The notes under the pieces were generated by a model. It made no database searches, had not been told where the DNA came from, and was given only the letters and a program-made list of their open reading frames with translations. The translations under genes and the position numbers were made by a program. 64,000 nt of DNA from Pseudovirgaria hyperparasitica (Eukaryota): assembly GCA_010093815.1 (NCBI GenBank), contig ML996567.1; one strand, 5' to 3'. Position 1 is the stretch's first letter; every line of letters begins with the position of its first letter. This document shows positions 52,121 to 63,618 of this stretch, piece after piece.

Positions 52121-53044
52121 ATGCCGCTCTACCAGCCACCCAACGTGTCAGCCCCTGTCCTATCTCAATTCTCACTCGCCGGCAAGATCGTGGCTGTGAC
52201 GGGCGGCGCGCGAGGCATCGGCGTCGAAATCGTGCGTGGCCTCGCCGAGGCAGGTGCAGACGTAGCAGTCATCTACAGCTCATCCAAGGACGCACACGAG
52301 ACAGCAGCAAACATCGCGAAAGACACTGGTGTCCGTGTTGAAGCCTTCCAGGCCGATGTCGGATCACGAGACTCGATCCTCAGCTGCATCGACAAGATCA
52401 CAACGGAGTTCGGCCACGGAAAGCTCGATGTCGTCGTTGCAAACGCAGGTGTATGTGCGAACATCCCGGCGCTCGAATACACCGAGGAGACATGGGCGGC
52501 GAACAACCGTGTCAACTATGACGGCGTGATGTGGACCGCGCAGGCGGCGGGAAAGGTGTTCAAGAAGCAGGGCAAGGGCAACTTTATCATCACGGCGAGT
52601 GTGAGTGCGACGCTGGTCAATCTTCCTCAGCTCCAGGCGGCGTATAATGCGAGTAAGGCTGCGGTGGTGCACCTGGCGAAGTGTCTGGCGGTCGAATGGG
52701 TGGACTTTGCGCGGGTCAATTGTGTCTCGCCGGGCTTCATTCATACGGATAGTAAGGGTCACTGCTTATGAGCTTCGATGTGTGTGACTAATGGATTTAT
52801 GTAGTGATCACTATGCAACCTAAAGAGATGATGGAGCAGTGGCTGCAGATGATACCCGGAAGACGTATATGTCACCCTGCGGAATTGAAGAGTGTAAGTT
52901 GACAGGGAAAGAGAGCCATTCCTGGTCCATCAAGGGAGACGCTGACACGCCAATGTTCAGGCTTATGTGTTTCTGGCCAGCGATTCGTGCTGCTACATGA
53001 CCGGAGCGAATATGGTCATCGACGGCGGTTATACTCTTCCGTGA
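52121..53044 (+). CDS. SDR of the sorbose/L-xylulose reductase / mannitol dehydrogenase type (introns 52752-52804, 52894-52960)
   Basis: VLSQFSLAGK, TGGARGIG, VANAG, YNASKAA, RVNCVSPG, ELKSAYVFLASD..YMTGANMVIDGGY. Confidence 0.92.
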
Positions 53045-53628
53045 GTGGAGGGAGTCCGTAAGTACACAAGGAGTGCAATCAAGGCCTTAGCCAGGAATTA
53101 CTATTGTTTATTGTGCTTCAAGCCTACCTCATCGGGACCAATATCAAGACATTCTGAGCAAGAAAGTTTCCAATCGATCTTTTGTTTGTGTGATGTCTGT
53201 GAGACAACATTGTCATAATTCATATATTGCACTCCGTGGTCCTATGCTACGATATGGCAACCCCTTAGCGAGTTCGGAATATCCCTGTTGATGCATGCGT
53301 GAAGCGGTCTCCGCGCTTCTTCGCTATCTCGCATCATGTTGCATAGAGCAATTTGCTGTAGGAAGCTTGTCGCTCTTGGCACGTCCCGTATCTGGTGCCC
53401 CTATCATGAGGCTGGTATTCCGTTCTGATTAATGTGGAGGTCCAAGTGATTTGATATAGAGTTATCTTTGGGAGAATTCATGATCCGGATCGAAGGTCTA
53501 AAGCCCTTCCCGACCCTTAGAAATGAGCGATCCCATCGGCTCTTCGAATGTTTTCTACTACATTGCGACTTTGATGCTCCCAGTCTAGAGGAAGTCTCGC
53601 GGATCCATGCATTTGCGGGTCTGAAGAG

Positions 53629-54399
53629 TCAAGGTTCCCTCCAGATTCTCAAGATCTGCAGCTTCTCCCATCCACCTTTCTTCCCACTGAACCCTGCTGT
53701 GAGTACCCTCCACTCCGAGCCCCACTGTCTGATACTTTGCTTGACTGCTTCAGGTTTGTTTTGGGCGCAAAGCAACACATATGCGACGCCACGTTTTGGA
53801 TGGAGAATTACGGGAATCTCAGCCAATAGTTTGTTCGTGACCTCCATACCATTCACGCCGCCGGCGTATGATAGTGCGAGGAGGTGAGAGTCTCGAGCAA
53901 ATGATGTTGCTGGACTCATAGTCGACCGGAGGTTGTACTCGGCATGTTTAACAGCATCTGGCAGATCCTCTGTTGGGACATATGGCGGGTTGAAGATAAG
54001 AACATCTACTAGCCCGGGCCGTATTGATGCTGTTAGATCGGTATTCAGAATATCTAATGATGTGGTCTTCAATGACCGCATTTCTGATATCGCCGTCTCC
54101 ACGGTCTTTGAGGCAGCGTGGCAGGCAAAGCTGTTGATGTCAGTGCCGAGCGTGACAACGTCCGGGCGGCCAAGAATAATGTGTGCGTTGGCAGCGGCAA
54201 ACGCAAGAACTACACCAGACCCAACACCGGTCTCGACGATCATCGGACTTCCATGTTGTTCATGCGCGGCCGAGAATCGCTGGTGAAGAAACGAGATTTC
54301 CGTTGCGGATGAAAGTGTATCCAAAAACAAGTATGAATCTTCATATGGCTCATAGATTCGATCGAAAGACACATGCGATGTATCTGGCGTCGGCAGCAT
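53629..54399 (-). CDS. MTQ2: eRF1 glutamine methyltransferase catalytic subunit (HemK2/N6AMT1)
   Basis: MLPTPDTSHV, IYEPYEDSYLFLDTL, ETGVGSG, FNPPYVPT, SYAGG.NGMEVT, GWEKLQILRIWR. An alternative ATG lies 6 nt upstream. Confidence 0.93.
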   Translation of the reverse strand: MLPTPDTSHVSFDRIYEPYEDSYLFLDTLSSATEISFLHQRFSAAHEQHGSPMIVETGVGSGVVLAFAAANAHIILGRPDVVTLGTDINSFACHAASKTVETAISEMRSLKTTSLDILNTDLTASIRPGLVDVLIFNPPYVPTEDLPDAVKHAEYNLRSTMSPATSFARDSHLLALSYAGGVNGMEVTNKLLAEIPVILHPKRGVAYVLLCAQNKPEAVKQSIRQWGSEWRVLTAGFSGKKGGWEKLQILRIWREP

Positions 54400-54625
54400 G
54401 TCCATGCACGTCAAAGATGTTCCAGAAGCCCGGTTGGGTTGAAGGGTGATTTTCTGTATTGCGTTGCGGTGCAGTGAGGCCGCTAAAAATCCCTGCTCCG
54501 AAAATTGTTGTTTGGATGCTCCCAAAAAGCTGCATCAGACGTCACTACTTGGCATGTTATCGTTGCAGCATCACAATTCCCGTCAACGTCTGTTCCATAT
54601 AGTGTAATATCTACCCTCTATCGCA

Positions 54626-55262
54626 ATGAAAGTGTTTCAACGCCTCGCGGCTTCGGCAACTGTCGTCAAGTCCGCCGCCAATCTATTCGGCAATCAGATG
54701 GCCATCCTCCCACCGATTCCGTTATACCGACGACTGCTTCGCGCACATCGCAAGCTGCCCAAAGAGCAACGAACGTTAGGCGACGAGTACATCAAGGCAG
54801 AATTTCGTGCACACAAGAGCGTTGAAAATCCCGTACAGATAGTGAGAAACCCACAATGCGTATGCCGAAGACCCAGCCTAACGCCAGCCTCAACAGATCG
54901 GATTCCTCAGCGAATGGCAGATGTATGCCCAAACAATCGAAGGAAACTCCTGGCGTGACGGTAGGATGGACAAGAGTAAGGTGGACAAAATGAGTGGTGA
55001 GTCCTCATAGGGTTTCTCTTGCGCTTCCGAGTTGGTAGCCTAATGATGGGATGCGCCTGCCGTAATGGAACTGCTGCAATGACTTGTCCTCTCGGATTGT
55101 TGCAATTTACACCATTCCTAAGATGCTTCATTGCTAATTATATGTGCTGCAGACGACCAGATCACTCAAATGTACGAGCTTATGCAAGCAATTCGAAATC
55201 GTGAACTAGAAGAGAACGACGCAGAACACACCCCGCCACCGCCCCCAGAACCGAAGAATTAA
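54626..55262 (+). CDS. SDH7: Succinate dehydrogenase assembly factor 3 (LYR family, Acn9/Sdh7) (introns 54842-54896, 54997-55152)
   Basis: ILPPIPLYRRLLRAHRKLP..LGDEYIKAEFRAHK..ENPVQI|IGFLSEWQMY..KMS|DDQITQMYELM. Confidence 0.93.
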
Positions 55263-55640
55263 TGTACAGCAAGCGCTCTGTCTATTAAAGAAGCTCAGAT
55301 ACTGATCTAGAGCTTCACCATCTACATGGTCAATTTACAGCTCTGTCAATGAGGCGCGTTCACTGATACACAGCGACAGACCCCGCGACTTCGTGGAGAC
55401 TTTCGACGTCGTGAAGGAGCTCCCAATCCTGAAGAAGACATTTATCAGAACGAAATGTTCTTCGGAACACAGTTCGACTTCGTTTCCTATCAAAAGCTAT
55501 CACAAATTTGCAAAACATCTTCCCTCAACTCCAGAACCTCAAGACATCCTCTCATCTATTCTCTCGAGCAGGCTTCCCGAGAATCACAACAATTCTGAAT
55601 CCTCGACAGGGAGAGTTGTCGACACTACAATCATCCCAGC

Positions 55641-55952
55641 ATGTGTCGCTCAATTCGCTATATTGCTCCCTGTCACGCCTGGCTAGTCTTCACGCGCCCA
55701 TGCGCTCCAGGGCGAAACCTCATGACCTGTCCAGCCTTTCAAGACGGCGCAACAACTGTTATACCCTCCTTACCGGTGTACGAATACACACGACACGTAC
55801 CAAGACATCAATGCCCTCTATGTGGTCATCGGAGGGGATTGTACGACATGGGCATAGAGCGGATAATCAAGAATGAGAGCAAAGGCGCTAGATTTGGTGC
55901 TGGCCCGACGAAGAGAGGTGTGGGTGTGGAAATTTATTGTTGTATGATGTAA
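55641..55952 (+). CDS. Small Cys/His-rich protein ending in a CaaX box (CCMM)
   Basis: 103-aa ORF MC..PCH.W..PC..LMTCP..CPLC..GAGPTK..EIYCCMM*. Confidence 0.7.
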   Translation: MCRSIRYIAPCHAWLVFTRPCAPGRNLMTCPAFQDGATTVIPSLPVYEYTRHVPRHQCPLCGHRRGLYDMGIERIIKNESKGARFGAGPTKRGVGVEIYCCMM

Positions 55953-56341
55953 GACAATAATAGATCAGTGCTTTGCTGTACTTGCTTATGTTGATATATC
56001 TACATTCAAAGGCTCTATTTAGCATTGCTGTACAGAAGCTATCATTATTTTGTGTCACAAGCACCACAGAACCTCGAAAGTCGCGCCTTTGTACACCAGA
56101 TATGAGGTTAAACTGCAAGCACGGTATCAGGACCCTACGATCACGAGCTCATTTACACGTTAATGCGCTGTACGAATCCGCTTAACGTGCTATGCCGATA
56201 AATTATACAGTGCTAGATACCCCTAATTCAAAGTTGAGGCGCACATTCCACAAAGTATCAGCTGGCCCAATCCAGCTTCCTTTCTCATGGCTATAACCTT
56301 TTAAGCAACCCTACACCCTGCTATCGCCGCTATATTATAAT

Positions 56342-58249
56342 CTAACGGCGGAAGGTGAACTTCTTCACAATGTCATATGCCTCGTCCTCAACCTCTCCAA
56401 ACGTACCAACGTCGCCCTGCTGTGCAAGCTCGCTCAGTTGTGCGACCTTGTCTGAGATAGGCATGTCCCGCTCCCAGCGTGGGTAGCTCGACTTCAGCTT
56501 TCGCATCAGTCCTTCAAGCCTGTCCCTGAGGTCATGCTTGTCTTGCTCGAGTCTAGCACTGGCGCTCAGCGCCCTGGAGGGCTCAGAACCGCGTATCTGG
56601 GGCGTCTGTAGCCTACTCCTGCGTAGAGCTGTGTGTAGATCGAAGGGAGTGGCACTTGTCCTGTAGGCTGGTGTCGAGCGGCTTGACATGTAATCCTGGG
56701 GAGTGAGGACTGGTTAGCATGGGCTTTAGGTATTGAGAGTCGATGAGGCTACATACTGGTGCATTGTCATCATCGTCGTTGTCATCATCCGAATCGGAAT
56801 CAATGACGTGTCGTCGAGCAGTGGCAGTCCTACGTGTGAAGCTCGGCAGCTTACGAATCTTCTCGACTGCCCTCATACGGGCAGATTTTGGTCCTGCGCC
56901 TGTCTGCTTCGCTGCCTTTTGGGGTATGGCAGCCTGTGTTTCGGAAAGGTCATCCTCACGTTCGGCGAACGCGACTCGCTTCACAGCGCTCTTCGTGTTG
57001 AAAGTCGTGACTGGGACAGCAGGGGTGGCTGTCTGTAGGCGTGGTGCAACAGGGACGTTTCTATATTTCGGATTCTTCAGGTATGACCACCGCGCGATGC
57101 AGATTTGGCATCCGGGGTTGGCGTTAGCAGGGTTCCCGCTTACTCCGAATTTGTGGGCGATTTCGACCTCCTCGCATGAATTGCAGGGCGCCCCTAGGGG
57201 GAGAAGCTGGAATTCGGAGGAGGTAGACGAATGGCGCTCTAAGATTCCTTTACTTAGCGTTGCCACTTCTCACAATGTCGCATGAGCTCAGGGTCAAACT
57301 TACTTGATGTCTTATCGGGTGTAACCTGAGCCTTCTTGGAGCTGATCTCAATCTCAGAGCTCGGAGAACGTACCCTCTTCCTGGATTGGGTCGTACCCTG
57401 CAGAGAAACCAGATGGGGAGAATTTCTGGAAGCTTCAAGGAATGCAAATCTCTGGCGAACATGAGACTTATCAATGTCCCCCAATGACGTAGATTTGGTC
57501 AACTCAAGGTCGGTAAAGTTGCCCTCCTCATTATCATCTTGGTGTTCTGAGTCCTGGTGCTCTGGGACCTCCCGGAATTCGTGCCAAGGAGCCTTGTCGG
57601 AAGGCCAGATTCTTGAAGACGCACCATCATGGATCCATTCATTTGGCAGGGCAAGTTGCTCTGTTTGCTGTTGCTTCATTGCGTTGTTGAAATCTTCACT
57701 TACTCCTTCTCGGACGTCAGACTCGAGGTTGTCAAAATCGACTGTCAAGCAGATACGGACTTTTCCGCAGCTCAGTATCTCTTGTATATCCTCTATGAGT
57801 TGCAGGCCTTTACTGGAAGTAAGTTTTTCCTCAGTCCTGTTCCATTTGACCAGCACACAGTGACTGAGCTGGATTGTTGCAGCCAGTGCCATCAAAGACT
57901 CGTCGCGGAACTCACGGACACGAATGTCTCTGTTTAAGTTGACATCACTCCTGGCGTTGGAGATTTGTACATAGCTTGACCCATGACTTTTCGTATTGAT
58001 AGGAGATGAAAGGATATCACACTTGTTAACACCGATGTGAACGACGTGTGGCAGACGTTTGGTCGTGCCAGAGACGTTGGGTATAACCATCGTGAGCTCA
58101 ATTATGGGCGCTGTATCAGCACTGTGGCGAAACCAAACACTCATCGTAGCACCCTCTCTGTCGAGGAATTGGATGACTGGATCATGTTCCGGGTCCTCAT
58201 CATTGGATCCTTGTAGGGCAAAGACATTGAATCTCAATTGTTTTGACAT
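56342..58249 (-). CDS. Orphan protein of about 593 aa (exons 58249-57304, about 57238-56757, 56695-56342)
   Basis: Introns GTAAGT..GCTAAG..TAG and GTATGT..GCTAAC..CCAG join three track ORFs in frame; internal CxxC-x21-CxxC. Confidence 0.75.
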
Positions 58250-58859
58250 TGTCGGCTCAGAGTATATCCTGGAAATTATCGGTCGAGTAGTGAGGCCAAA
58301 GACTGTAGCGTTGTTATCTAATGCTCTGTGGCGAAGTGATTGGGTGACAGTTGCTTACCAAAAGCTTGGGGCTGGATACAGAAATGAAGTCAAGAAAGCT
58401 CGTTGGAGGTATGCCAGAAATCGGGGCACTTTCAATTTGTGGTCGGAAAGGAGGGCACATCAACAAGAAGTATTGCCAAGACGGACCTGGTGAGGCGGGC
58501 CAATGAGAGCTGTACCCCTGTAGGGTTATTTGAAAGCGAACAGTGAGTATTAATAGCTTTTTCGTTATCCCTGTCACTTGTCTAACAGTGAACGATACTA
58601 CAAGAATGTCCAAGCTTCCCTATTAAAGATCTTGTAGGTGGAAATGTCTCTCCGTTCCCTTTCAATCACAGACTCACAAACATGCCAGGTCCCTTTTGCA
58701 GATACTAAATCCGATTGACGCTTTACGAAGAGCGTTGTACGAGCTGTTTATCATAACCTTGTATGCAGTCAACAGTCCCCCTACATTGATATCCCTGGCG
58801 CAGAGTTCAAGATGCCCCTTCCATGACACCATCATACTTTTTCAAGCCCTTTCGAGACT

Positions 58860-60479
58860 TCATGTGTACAGTCCAACCCTAACTTGAACCTTACTCCATA
58901 GTCTGTTGAATGCTTTCTCGTCCCCAACCTTTACCAAGTCTAGCAGCTGGCTAAGCATACATTGCACCTGGTTGTCTTCTTCTCCATCCATGTTTTTCTC
59001 TAGTGCATTGCACGTAAGTGTCTCCAATCGGTGGATCATGCGCTTTCTGGAGACCTCCTTTGCAGAGTCTGGTTTGGTGAAATGACCAGAGCTGGTATCG
59101 GGGATCTCAAGACTCAGTACAGGTCTATCGCGGTCGGTCATGCCAGTTTGATGATCACTAGATTGCACAGGATTGGAGAATTGGCTGTTTGAGACACGGA
59201 ATTCGCTTCTTTGCGAGGTGCAGACTGGCGTGGGTGTATGATTACTACCTCGACTGCTGTCATCATTCTCGACAGTTTGAGATAACTGACTGCTCATAGC
59301 GCCACAAATAGGAGTTCTTCGATTATGCAGTGGGATTACCGTACGTATGTTGCTTTGGTGACTGTCGAGCTGGACAGGCTTGGATTCGTCCCTGTCGGGT
59401 GAGAGCTCTGGTAACGTTTGTGAGGTACGTGATGGCGCTGATTTGACTGTTGGGTCTTGGTAGAAGTGGTTGCTTAGTACTGCAGAGCTTGGTTGACCAT
59501 CGACATGTCGGTCATATAGCACTGACCGGGCATAATCTTCTCGGCTTCGCTTCAAAAGCTCATCGGCCGCTGGTGAAGATAAAGCGGCTCTTTTCGTCAC
59601 TGTACTGTTGGTAGACGTTCGCGGTGAACTGGAACTTCTTTCACGTTTCGATTGGGCGAGATTATTGGACGGCCCGGTAGGTATGTTCGTGCTTCGATAT
59701 AGGGTCGGCGGTAAGCTATGTAGCGTAGTCTGTCCTCGTTCAGATGGGTCGCCAGCCAGCACAAATGATCCCCAGTCGACAGCACTGCCAGCTTTGAGCA
59801 CTGAGTCAGCCCCGATATGGTAGCGGGGCCTGCTCAGGGGGATTCTACTCTGCGAAAAGAAGCCGTTGTTTACGGAGTCAATCAACCAATGCCTGCTAAG
59901 GTGCCGGTCGTTTTCGTAACGAATGAAGAACCGCACAATGCTATCTTTAGTAGCTACGGAAAGCGCGTTGATGGCTTCCAGACCGCTGTGCGTAGTAGGC
60001 TTGACTGGGTCCCTCAGCATCAGAACTTCCAAGCGCTTTCTCAACTTCAGAACCAAAGCAACAATTTCACATCCATTATACCTGTTAGAACTGTCCAACC
60101 GATCGGCTAACCCAGTCGGCACCCAGTTGGTCACGCCTTTGTATGACCCTCTGGGAAGGTAGGACTGAAAGATAAAACGCGATGCTCTAGGATCATTTGT
60201 TATATCCGGTCGGATATTAAAACTCTGGAGCGAAGTTTCCGTAATGAGTGCGTCGAAGTCATGGCAGCGAATCCCTGTCTGAGATAGTCTTGGGAGAGTC
60301 AATTGGCAGTCGAGGTATGGAGCTTCATCTCTGCTCTTCGGAACGAAATGTAGATACATGTTACAGTCATTGACTTCAAACTGGGCAGAGCCTTCTTCAT
60401 GGCCAGTTCGACTATTGAGACTCTGGAACGCGATGACACTGACTCTGTGCTCGGTTTCGGTAGTGGACCTTGGACCCAT
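58860..60479 (-). CDS. Orphan protein of 539 aa, probable paralogue of the 56342-58249 gene
   Basis: Long single ORF with a globular N-terminus, S/T/P-rich linker and helical C-terminus that align by eye with the neighbour. Confidence 0.8.
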   Translation of the reverse strand: MGPRSTTETEHRVSVIAFQSLNSRTGHEEGSAQFEVNDCNMYLHFVPKSRDEAPYLDCQLTLPRLSQTGIRCHDFDALITETSLQSFNIRPDITNDPRASRFIFQSYLPRGSYKGVTNWVPTGLADRLDSSNRYNGCEIVALVLKLRKRLEVLMLRDPVKPTTHSGLEAINALSVATKDSIVRFFIRYENDRHLSRHWLIDSVNNGFFSQSRIPLSRPRYHIGADSVLKAGSAVDWGSFVLAGDPSERGQTTLHSLPPTLYRSTNIPTGPSNNLAQSKRERSSSSPRTSTNSTVTKRAALSSPAADELLKRSREDYARSVLYDRHVDGQPSSAVLSNHFYQDPTVKSAPSRTSQTLPELSPDRDESKPVQLDSHQSNIRTVIPLHNRRTPICGAMSSQLSQTVENDDSSRGSNHTPTPVCTSQRSEFRVSNSQFSNPVQSSDHQTGMTDRDRPVLSLEIPDTSSGHFTKPDSAKEVSRKRMIHRLETLTCNALEKNMDGEEDNQVQCMLSQLLDLVKVGDEKAFNRLWSKVQVRVGLYT

Positions 60480-61124
60480 GGTTGGTAGTCGAACCGATCA
60501 TGAATCCAGAGAGATATATGGTGAATTCTAAGTTGCCAGGGAAGAAAATACTAAACATTTGTCTGCCAGGACGTCAGCAATAAGTCGAGCAGGACCAAGG
60601 TAAGGGTAGGAACCTTAGAAGCCGCCCGTATATAGGTTAGCGTTGTTTTGATTAGCAGCCCCCCTTGCTTGAGCTGGGTGTGACGACGAATGTGAAAACA
60701 TGCCCATTTCGTGTGTCACGACGACAGAGCTAGGACATGGTACTGTAGCATATTGATTCACCCTGTAGTGTGGTTAAGTCAGGTTGTCCGCACAGGGAAT
60801 CATCCTCTTAAAGTATAACTAATTTGATATGAAACACTGCGTTTGCATTGCCCACAGTGTCAACACAGCAAACTTGGCTATCCTTTGGGAGCCATGCAAT
60901 GGTTAGCGTGGTTGTATGAGTGGAGGGCAGCGGGTCCATGACCATTATGATGGTATGCGATGAAGTTGACAGTATTAATTACCAGCCATGCAGTGGAGGG
61001 CTTGCTAGTAGTGGTCCGTGTGTACTAAGCCAAGTTAGGATTAGCTCGCGAATCTATAGATCATGAAATCTGGAAATTCGTTATCGTCGTACGCGGGCTA
61101 TGAACAATTGCACGCAGCACAACC

Positions 61125-63506
61125 ATGTCGCCACCGATCCTGAAAGTACCGAGCAATGCGTCTGGGACCAATCCTTCACATGTGTCCATGCCGACGACCA
61201 GCAAGAAGAGACTCCTCAACGGCCATCTAAAGGCGTCCTCTCCCGATTATGAAGTACAGCAAAAGCACCACAATGATGCGCTCAAACCCCTGCAAAACAA
61301 CTCTGATGACAATGGCGCACCGGGGCTATCTTCAAGAAGGCCTGTGCTCCATGAAGGGCTTGCGCAGAAATTGTCGGCAGGAAAGAATGAGCAAGGCAGG
61401 CACAAAGGCGTGGTGAACGAGCAAAAGAAGGCTGCTTTATTGAAACTACGCAAGGAACTGCCGATATGGAACCATGAAAGACTCATCCGTCAATCATTGT
61501 CCGGCAATAAAGACATCATGCTCATGGTGGGTGAGACAGGTAGCGGAAAGAGTACGCAGGTACCGCAGTTTCTGATGACCGAGCCCTGGTGTAAGAGATG
61601 CATTGCCATCACACAGCCACGCCGAGTGGCGGCTATATCCCTGGCGAGGCGCGTAGCAGATGAGATGGGCATGACACTCGGTGCACCTGCCTGCCAAGTG
61701 GGATATTCCGTACGATTCGACACGTCGATAGGACCGAATACTAGAATCAAATTTCTCACAGAGGGTATGCTTCTACAAGAGATGTTACGCGATCCAACAT
61801 TACCGCAATATAGCGCAGTGATCGTAGATGAGGTTCACGAACGGAGTGTCAATGTTGATTTAATATTGGGGTTTCTGCGGAATCTAGTCAGCTCCAAACG
61901 TGCTGCTATGAAAGTCGTCGTCATGAGTGCCACGGCTGACGTAGAGGGACTGACCAAGTTCTTTCAGGACGGCCTACGTGAGAAGACTATATCGAACGGC
62001 ACTGACAGAAAGGCTACAAAGGTTCATAGCCAAGGGACCTCATCATCCAGCACCGGCAGTGCCAAGGCACATCATACGAAGGACTACACTGTCGATGCAT
62101 TTTCGGATCGTATATCTACATGTCTGATCAAGGGCCGACAGTTTGATGTCAAAACCACCTACGTACACGAGCCGACCCAAGATTTTGTCGAGGAGGCTCT
62201 CAAGACTATCTTCAGGATCCATTGCAAAGAGCCACTACCCGGGGACATACTCGTCTTTTTGACCGGACAAGAAACAGTAGAATCTCTCCAGCGTCTCGTC
62301 AATGAATACGCTGGTGGTCTTGATGAAAAGACTCCTAAGATTCTCACATTGCCTCTTTTCGCTGCACTCCCCCAAATAGCTCAGCAGCGGGTTTTTGACA
62401 AGGCGCCTCATTTCACTCGTAAAGTCATTCTCGCTACCAACATTGCCGAAACCTCAATTACCGTTCCTGGGATACGATATGTCATAGACTGCGGTAAGGT
62501 AAAGATGAAACACTTTCGCAACAACCTAGGACTTGAATCCTTGCTTGTCAAGCCTATATCGATGTCTTCTGCGATTCAACGCCAAGGTCGCGCAGGTCGT
62601 GAGGCACCTGGACAATGTTTCCGCTTATACACGGAGAGAAGCTTTCAAGAACTACAAAAAGTAACTACCCCAGAGATCTTGCGATGCGACCTGAGTCAGG
62701 CACTGCTGACCATCATGGCCCGCGGAGTTCCTGTGCAAGACATCATAACGTTCCCCTTTCTTGACCGACCGAGCGACGAATCACTCAAGCAAGCTTTAAC
62801 CCAGCTTCTCCAACTTGGCGCTCTTAATGAGTCCGCACATTTTAGTCACACAGGCAAACAGCTCGCCCGTCTTCCTCTCTCTCCAACGCTCGGACGGGTT
62901 ATCCTCGAAGCTGCGAAGCCTGAACGTGATTGCCTGTCTGAAATCATCGATATTATCGCATGTCTCAGTGTCGAAAACATATTCCTCAATATTCATACCG
63001 AGGAGAAGAAGGAAGCCGCCGAAGAGGCCCGCCGCTCCCTATTCCGCCGCGAGGGAGACCATCTAACTCTTCTTGCCACTATCCGCGCATACAGTGAAGA
63101 ACAATCTGATCGCCGTGCATGGTCTGATCGTCACTTTGTAAGCCATCGAGCTATGCAGAATGTTATAGACATTCGGAAACAGCTACGGGCCCAGTGTGTG
63201 CAGATGAAATTGCTTGATCGTAATGCTACAGAAGGCTCCAGGATGGATGAAGACACCAAGGCGGCGATGTTACAATGTCTGCTGAGAGGTTTCGCTACGA
63301 ACACCGCCAGGCTTATGCCGGATGGGTCGTACAAGACGATGGTTGGCAATCAGGTCGTAGCCATACATCCTACTAGCGTGCTGTTTGGTCGCAAGGTCGA
63401 GGCTATCGTGTTCTCAGAATTTGTCTTCACGAATCGCAGTTATGCAAGAGGGGTGAGTGCGGTGCAGCTTTCCTGGGTTGGTGACGTTCTAGCTGGCGCT
63501 ACATGA
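61125..63506 (+). CDS. DHR2: DEAH-box RNA helicase Dhr2/DHX33
   Basis: GETGSGKST, TQPRRVAA, VGYSVRFD, TEGMLLQEM, DEVHER, MSAT, FLTGQE, LPLFAAL, TNIAETS, QRQGRAGREAPG, HA2/OB-fold region. No Prp22/Prp16-type long N-terminal domains. Confidence 0.88.
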   Translation: MSPPILKVPSNASGTNPSHVSMPTTSKKRLLNGHLKASSPDYEVQQKHHNDALKPLQNNSDDNGAPGLSSRRPVLHEGLAQKLSAGKNEQGRHKGVVNEQKKAALLKLRKELPIWNHERLIRQSLSGNKDIMLMVGETGSGKSTQVPQFLMTEPWCKRCIAITQPRRVAAISLARRVADEMGMTLGAPACQVGYSVRFDTSIGPNTRIKFLTEGMLLQEMLRDPTLPQYSAVIVDEVHERSVNVDLILGFLRNLVSSKRAAMKVVVMSATADVEGLTKFFQDGLREKTISNGTDRKATKVHSQGTSSSSTGSAKAHHTKDYTVDAFSDRISTCLIKGRQFDVKTTYVHEPTQDFVEEALKTIFRIHCKEPLPGDILVFLTGQETVESLQRLVNEYAGGLDEKTPKILTLPLFAALPQIAQQRVFDKAPHFTRKVILATNIAETSITVPGIRYVIDCGKVKMKHFRNNLGLESLLVKPISMSSAIQRQGRAGREAPGQCFRLYTERSFQELQKVTTPEILRCDLSQALLTIMARGVPVQDIITFPFLDRPSDESLKQALTQLLQLGALNESAHFSHTGKQLARLPLSPTLGRVILEAAKPERDCLSEIIDIIACLSVENIFLNIHTEEKKEAAEEARRSLFRREGDHLTLLATIRAYSEEQSDRRAWSDRHFVSHRAMQNVIDIRKQLRAQCVQMKLLDRNATEGSRMDEDTKAAMLQCLLRGFATNTARLMPDGSYKTMVGNQVVAIHPTSVLFGRKVEAIVFSEFVFTNRSYARGVSAVQLSWVGDVLAGAT

Positions 63507-63618
63507 GACGATGCATCTTAATGCACATAATCTTCCTACGCTAGTATGAATAACCTACATACTGGAGCAGAACAGATGGCCTGGCACGAATAGAAGAAGC
63601 ATGCTGACTATATCTTAC

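Noticed and set aside
47489..54399. Secondary-metabolite gene cluster
   Set aside because: No PKS, NRPS or terpene synthase backbone gene; the methyltransferase is housekeeping MTQ2.
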